Below are positions 26,340 to 29,536 of a stretch of 29,536 nt of DNA, one piece after another. Source of the stretch: a virus (Duplodnaviria; Caudoviricetes); IMG/VR virus record IMGVR_UViG_3300027736_000175, positions 1-29,536 of that record; one strand, 5' to 3'. The translations under genes were made by a program, and so were the position numbers. Numbering within the stretch: the stretch's first letter is position 1; every line of letters begins with the position of its first letter. The notes below the pieces were generated by a model. That model did not search any database. It saw only the letters and a list, made by a program, of their open reading frames with translations, and was not told the DNA's origin.

Positions 26340-27668
26340 ATGGCAGCAACAGGATTATTAGGAATAAACCCATATTACAAAGGCGTAAATATAGATGTAT
26401 CTAAACCGGTTAATTTAGCTATTCAACTTCAGCAAAAAGAAGCAGCTAAACAAGAAGCTTTAGAGAAGTCATTTATGGATTATGAAAAATCAATCAACCC
26501 TGCTGGTATGCGTAAGGTTGATGGAGATGTTTTTTTGAAAAAATTAGCTGAAAACAAAGCATTTTATTTACAAAATAGAGATAGGATTTTGAACCCTGCT
26601 AAATATGGATATGATGCTCAAAGTCAGTTTATGTCTAATAATAAAGGATTATTAAGTCTTATTGACCAATCAAAACAAGCAGCTGCTAATGAAAAGGTGG
26701 TAAATCAAAATGTTTATCAAGCTATGCAACAAGGAAAAACATTACATGATGGGTTATTGCAAGAATTAGATAGACAAAAATTATCTGTACTTGATCCTAA
26801 TTATAAAACAGTTGACGCTTATGCATTGCAATTTGACAAGCCGCATGATGAAGCTGTTTTTAATAAAAATGTTTGGGGAAATTTGAAGTTACCTACAAGA
26901 GAAATTCCTGAAAAATTACCTAATGGCCAAGTTCAATATAGAAAAGAATCTTATTTATCACCAGAGGTTGCTCAAACGGCTGTAATTAATGCTATTAATG
27001 AATATAAGACAAGTCCAAATACAGCAAAGCATTTTAATGAATTGATGAAGGATAATTCTATTTTGACAGCGGCCAATGATATATTTGGAAAAACTTTTAA
27101 ATATATTGATCCGCAAACAAAGAAAACGGTTATTCCTAAAATTGAAACACCAGAACAGTTTGTCGCAGGATATGCTTTATTGAAAAAGCCATCAGGAGAA
27201 GTTTCAACAAGCAGACCTGATTATCCTTGGTTATATAAATTTAACGAACAACAAGCAGCGGCAGATAGAAGAGCGGGTATGTATGGGGGAGGTGAAAATG
27301 TAAGTGAAGGTAATTTATTTGATACATTGCCTGATGTTGTTTTCCCAGCCGGAGGTGGTAAGATAACTAATGGAACAGCTTTAGATAAAAATGGTAACCC
27401 ATTTAATGGTGAAGTATATTTTAAAAAAGAACAATTGCCAGCTCAAATATTTAGTGTAATAGGGGCGCCTGCTGGAAAAGTTAAAGGATTTAAAGTGCGA
27501 TTTGAAAATGGTATGCCAATAGAATTAACAAATCCTAGAATAGGAACTATAACTAGACAAGCTATGGAGAATTACCAATTAAAATATAACACTGAACCTA
27601 AAAAAGGGCGTCAGCCTAGATTTGGTAAAAATGAATTTATTGGGGTGCCAAATGGTGGGTTTAATTAA
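26340..27668 (+). CDS. putative internal virion protein
   Basis: 442-aa helical protein in the ejection cluster; synteny. Confidence 0.6.
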   Translation: MAATGLLGINPYYKGVNIDVSKPVNLAIQLQQKEAAKQEALEKSFMDYEKSINPAGMRKVDGDVFLKKLAENKAFYLQNRDRILNPAKYGYDAQSQFMSNNKGLLSLIDQSKQAAANEKVVNQNVYQAMQQGKTLHDGLLQELDRQKLSVLDPNYKTVDAYALQFDKPHDEAVFNKNVWGNLKLPTREIPEKLPNGQVQYRKESYLSPEVAQTAVINAINEYKTSPNTAKHFNELMKDNSILTAANDIFGKTFKYIDPQTKKTVIPKIETPEQFVAGYALLKKPSGEVSTSRPDYPWLYKFNEQQAAADRRAGMYGGGENVSEGNLFDTLPDVVFPAGGGKITNGTALDKNGNPFNGEVYFKKEQLPAQIFSVIGAPAGKVKGFKVRFENGMPIELTNPRIGTITRQAMENYQLKYNTEPKKGRQPRFGKNEFIGVPNGGFN

Positions 27669-27679
27669 AAATATTTATT

Positions 27680-29536
27680 ATGCCAGAAGAACAATTACAA
27701 GATAATCCAATATTTAAATTCATGAAAAGTAATAATCTAACTAAGTTAGATGAAAAATCTTTTCTTGATAAATATTCTACGCCAGAAAAGGCAAAAGAGA
27801 TACATGGATTTATGTTGGCAAATAAGTTAACAGATTTAGATGAAACAAAATTCTATGACAAGTATTTGAGTTCTGGATTAAAAAAAAAAGAACAAGAAGT
27901 TTCACAATACGTTTCTTCTCCTACGCCATCTCAGTCAGTATCGCCAGATCTTGAAAAAGGTAAGGCTTTTGCTGAGAAGGGTTTTTTAATGAAGGGAGAA
28001 GGCACAAAAGAGCAAAAAAGAATATCACTTGAACCATCTTTATTTGGAGGTGCGCCAAATATAAAAGTATTACAAGAAGGAGAAGAACCTTCTGCATTAG
28101 CTGATATTAGTGGTGCTGTTGCTAAAGGATTACTTCAGGGTAAAGTGGCAAACATATTATCAGCAGGGAAAAGACCTACAGAAGATGAGCTTGGTGAAAT
28201 AGCTCAATTGCAATCAGATGCACAATTATTCCCTCAATCAAAATCAGAGAAAGTTTATCAAGAAAAAGGATTAAAAGGATTATTTAAAGAAAATCCATTA
28301 CTTGGCGCACAGTTTGTGGCTGAAACAATGGCAAGTTCATTATCTTCTTTAATTGAAGCAAGCAAAAAAACAGTTCCCGCTGCCGTTATTGCCGGGGCAG
28401 GTGTTGGTGCGCCAACTGGTGTAGGTGCTATGGTTGGTGCTGGTTATGGGTTGCTTGCAGGGCAATCAGCTGCGGGTTATAATCTATCAACATCTCAAGA
28501 TATTTTAAATTCTCTTTCCGAAAATGGTGTTGATGTTTCAGATAAAGCAAGTTTAATAAAAGCTTTTTCTGATGAAAATAAAATGGCTAAAATAAGAAAT
28601 ACGGCTGCTAAATATGGTGTGCCTATTTTAATATTTGATGCTGCAACAGCAGGGTTAGCTGGTAAATTAGGTGCTGGTGCTATAGGCAAAAGTTTATCTA
28701 AAAAATTATTGGCAGGGCTTGGTGAAACTGGAATACAGATAGCAGGAGGTATGGGCGGCGAATTGTCTGGTCAATTAGCTTCTGGTAAAAAAGTAAATTG
28801 GGATGATATTGTTATGGAAGGGCTTGCTGAAGTTCCGGGTGGCATTTCGGAAGTTGCCACAGGAATTGCAATAGAAAGGTCTAAATCTTCATCTAATAAT
28901 AAAACATTAGCTACGCAAATTGCAACACAAGGTGTTCAAAATGGAACAGAAGATGCTATTGTTAATTTAAATAGAGATTTATCCAATAATGTTATAACAC
29001 CAAAGCAATATCAAGAAGGTCTTAGTTTTGTAGAAAAAGCTTTTCAAGTATATGATAAAATACCAGAAACAGTAACAGGAGAAAATAGAGTAAAATCAAT
29101 TGAATTATTGGTTGAGAGAAATGATATAAAACAAGCTAATGAAAATTTAATTCAGCAAAAGCAAGCATCTGATGAAGCTTATCATGCAGGAATAGATGAG
29201 GAAATAAAAGCTAATGAAGAAAGAATTAAAAAAATAGATTCTGAAGTTTATGATATTACAAAGAAGCCAGAAAAAGGAACTAAAAAATATACTGTAGATG
29301 GCAAAGAAGTAAGTCAAGAAGAATTTGATGCGTTGCAAGATAAACCTATAGGTACAAAAACACTAGCAGAGCCTACTGAAATAGGCGGATTAAAAGTTAT
29401 AAAAAGAGCGCAAGATGCACCTAATGGAGAAGCTGTTTATGAGGTAGAAGGAGAAAGATTTTTAACAGCTGATGGAAAAGAATTAAAGGTCGCCAAGGTT
29501 GAATTACCAAAAGAAGAAGTTAAACCAATTGAAATA
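27680..29536 (+). CDS. large internal virion/ejection protein, truncated at the window end (MPEEQLQDNPIFKF...)
   Basis: ATG 27680; frame appears open to the edge (absent from the track because no stop is reached); Gly/Ala-rich hydrophobic stretches such as AVIAGAGVGAPTGVGAMVGAGYGLLAG. Confidence 0.8.
   Translation, partial: MPEEQLQDNPIFKFMKSNNLTKLDEKSFLDKYSTPEKAKEIHGFMLANKLTDLDETKFYDKYLSSGLKKKEQEVSQYVSSPTPSQSVSPDLEKGKAFAEKGFLMKGEGTKEQKRISLEPSLFGGAPNIKVLQEGEEPSALADISGAVAKGLLQGKVANILSAGKRPTEDELGEIAQLQSDAQLFPQSKSEKVYQEKGLKGLFKENPLLGAQFVAETMASSLSSLIEASKKTVPAAVIAGAGVGAPTGVGAMVGAGYGLLAGQSAAGYNLSTSQDILNSLSENGVDVSDKASLIKAFSDENKMAKIRNTAAKYGVPILIFDAATAGLAGKLGAGAIGKSLSKKLLAGLGETGIQIAGGMGGELSGQLASGKKVNWDDIVMEGLAEVPGGISEVATGIAIERSKSSSNNKTLATQIATQGVQNGTEDAIVNLNRDLSNNVITPKQYQEGLSFVEKAFQVYDKIPETVTGENRVKSIELLVERNDIKQANENLIQQKQASDEAYHAGIDEEIKANEERIKKIDSEVYDITKKPEKGTKKYTVDGKEVSQEEFDALQDKPIGTKTLAEPTEIGGLKVIKRAQDAPNGEAVYEVEGERFLTADGKELKVAKVELPKEEVKPIEI

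Noticed and set aside
992-29338. Short opposite-strand or alternative-frame ORFs in the track (e.g. 992..1201, 2129..2335, 2513..2824, 2812..3087, 3271..3480, 4480..4824, 9308..10707 set, 13341..13712, 15100, 16737, 17414, 19299, 23061, 28495, 29147)
   Set aside because: Shadow frames overlapping well-supported genes, with no leaders or motifs
1-29536. tRNA, rRNA, integrase, transposase, lysis genes
   Set aside because: None recognised by eye; a tRNA scan was not possible

Overview
AT-rich segment of a dsDNA tailed phage of Bacteroidota. Host is inferred from TAnnTTTG -7 promoter boxes, A-rich leaders without Shine-Dalgarno sites, and a BT4734/VirE-N primase. Left part (1-7.8 kb): a minus-strand operon with a YqaJ-like exonuclease and NinG-like nuclease, diverging from a plus-strand operon with an HTH regulator, DUF4373-type replication initiator, primase-SF4 helicase and SSB. 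Right part (8.1-29.5 kb): a podovirus-type virion module in crAss-like/Cellulophaga-podovirus order: GroES-like protein, small and large terminase, portal, scaffold, major capsid, ring proteins, GroES, muzzle/tail-stabilisation protein, cupin-like protein and internal virion proteins (the last is truncated). Most notable: (i) an intergenic cassette at 2.37-2.55 kb with two convergent candidate small RNAs that both start with an anti-AUG (CAU) U-rich tract and end in a U[UUCU]A-loop hairpin, each with partial complementarity to a start-codon leader in this window; (ii) a muzzle gene apparently split by a Cys-repeat cassette; (iii) two GroES-like genes; (iv) several small ORFs missed by the ORF track. 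All product calls rest on motif recognition and synteny; no searches were run.
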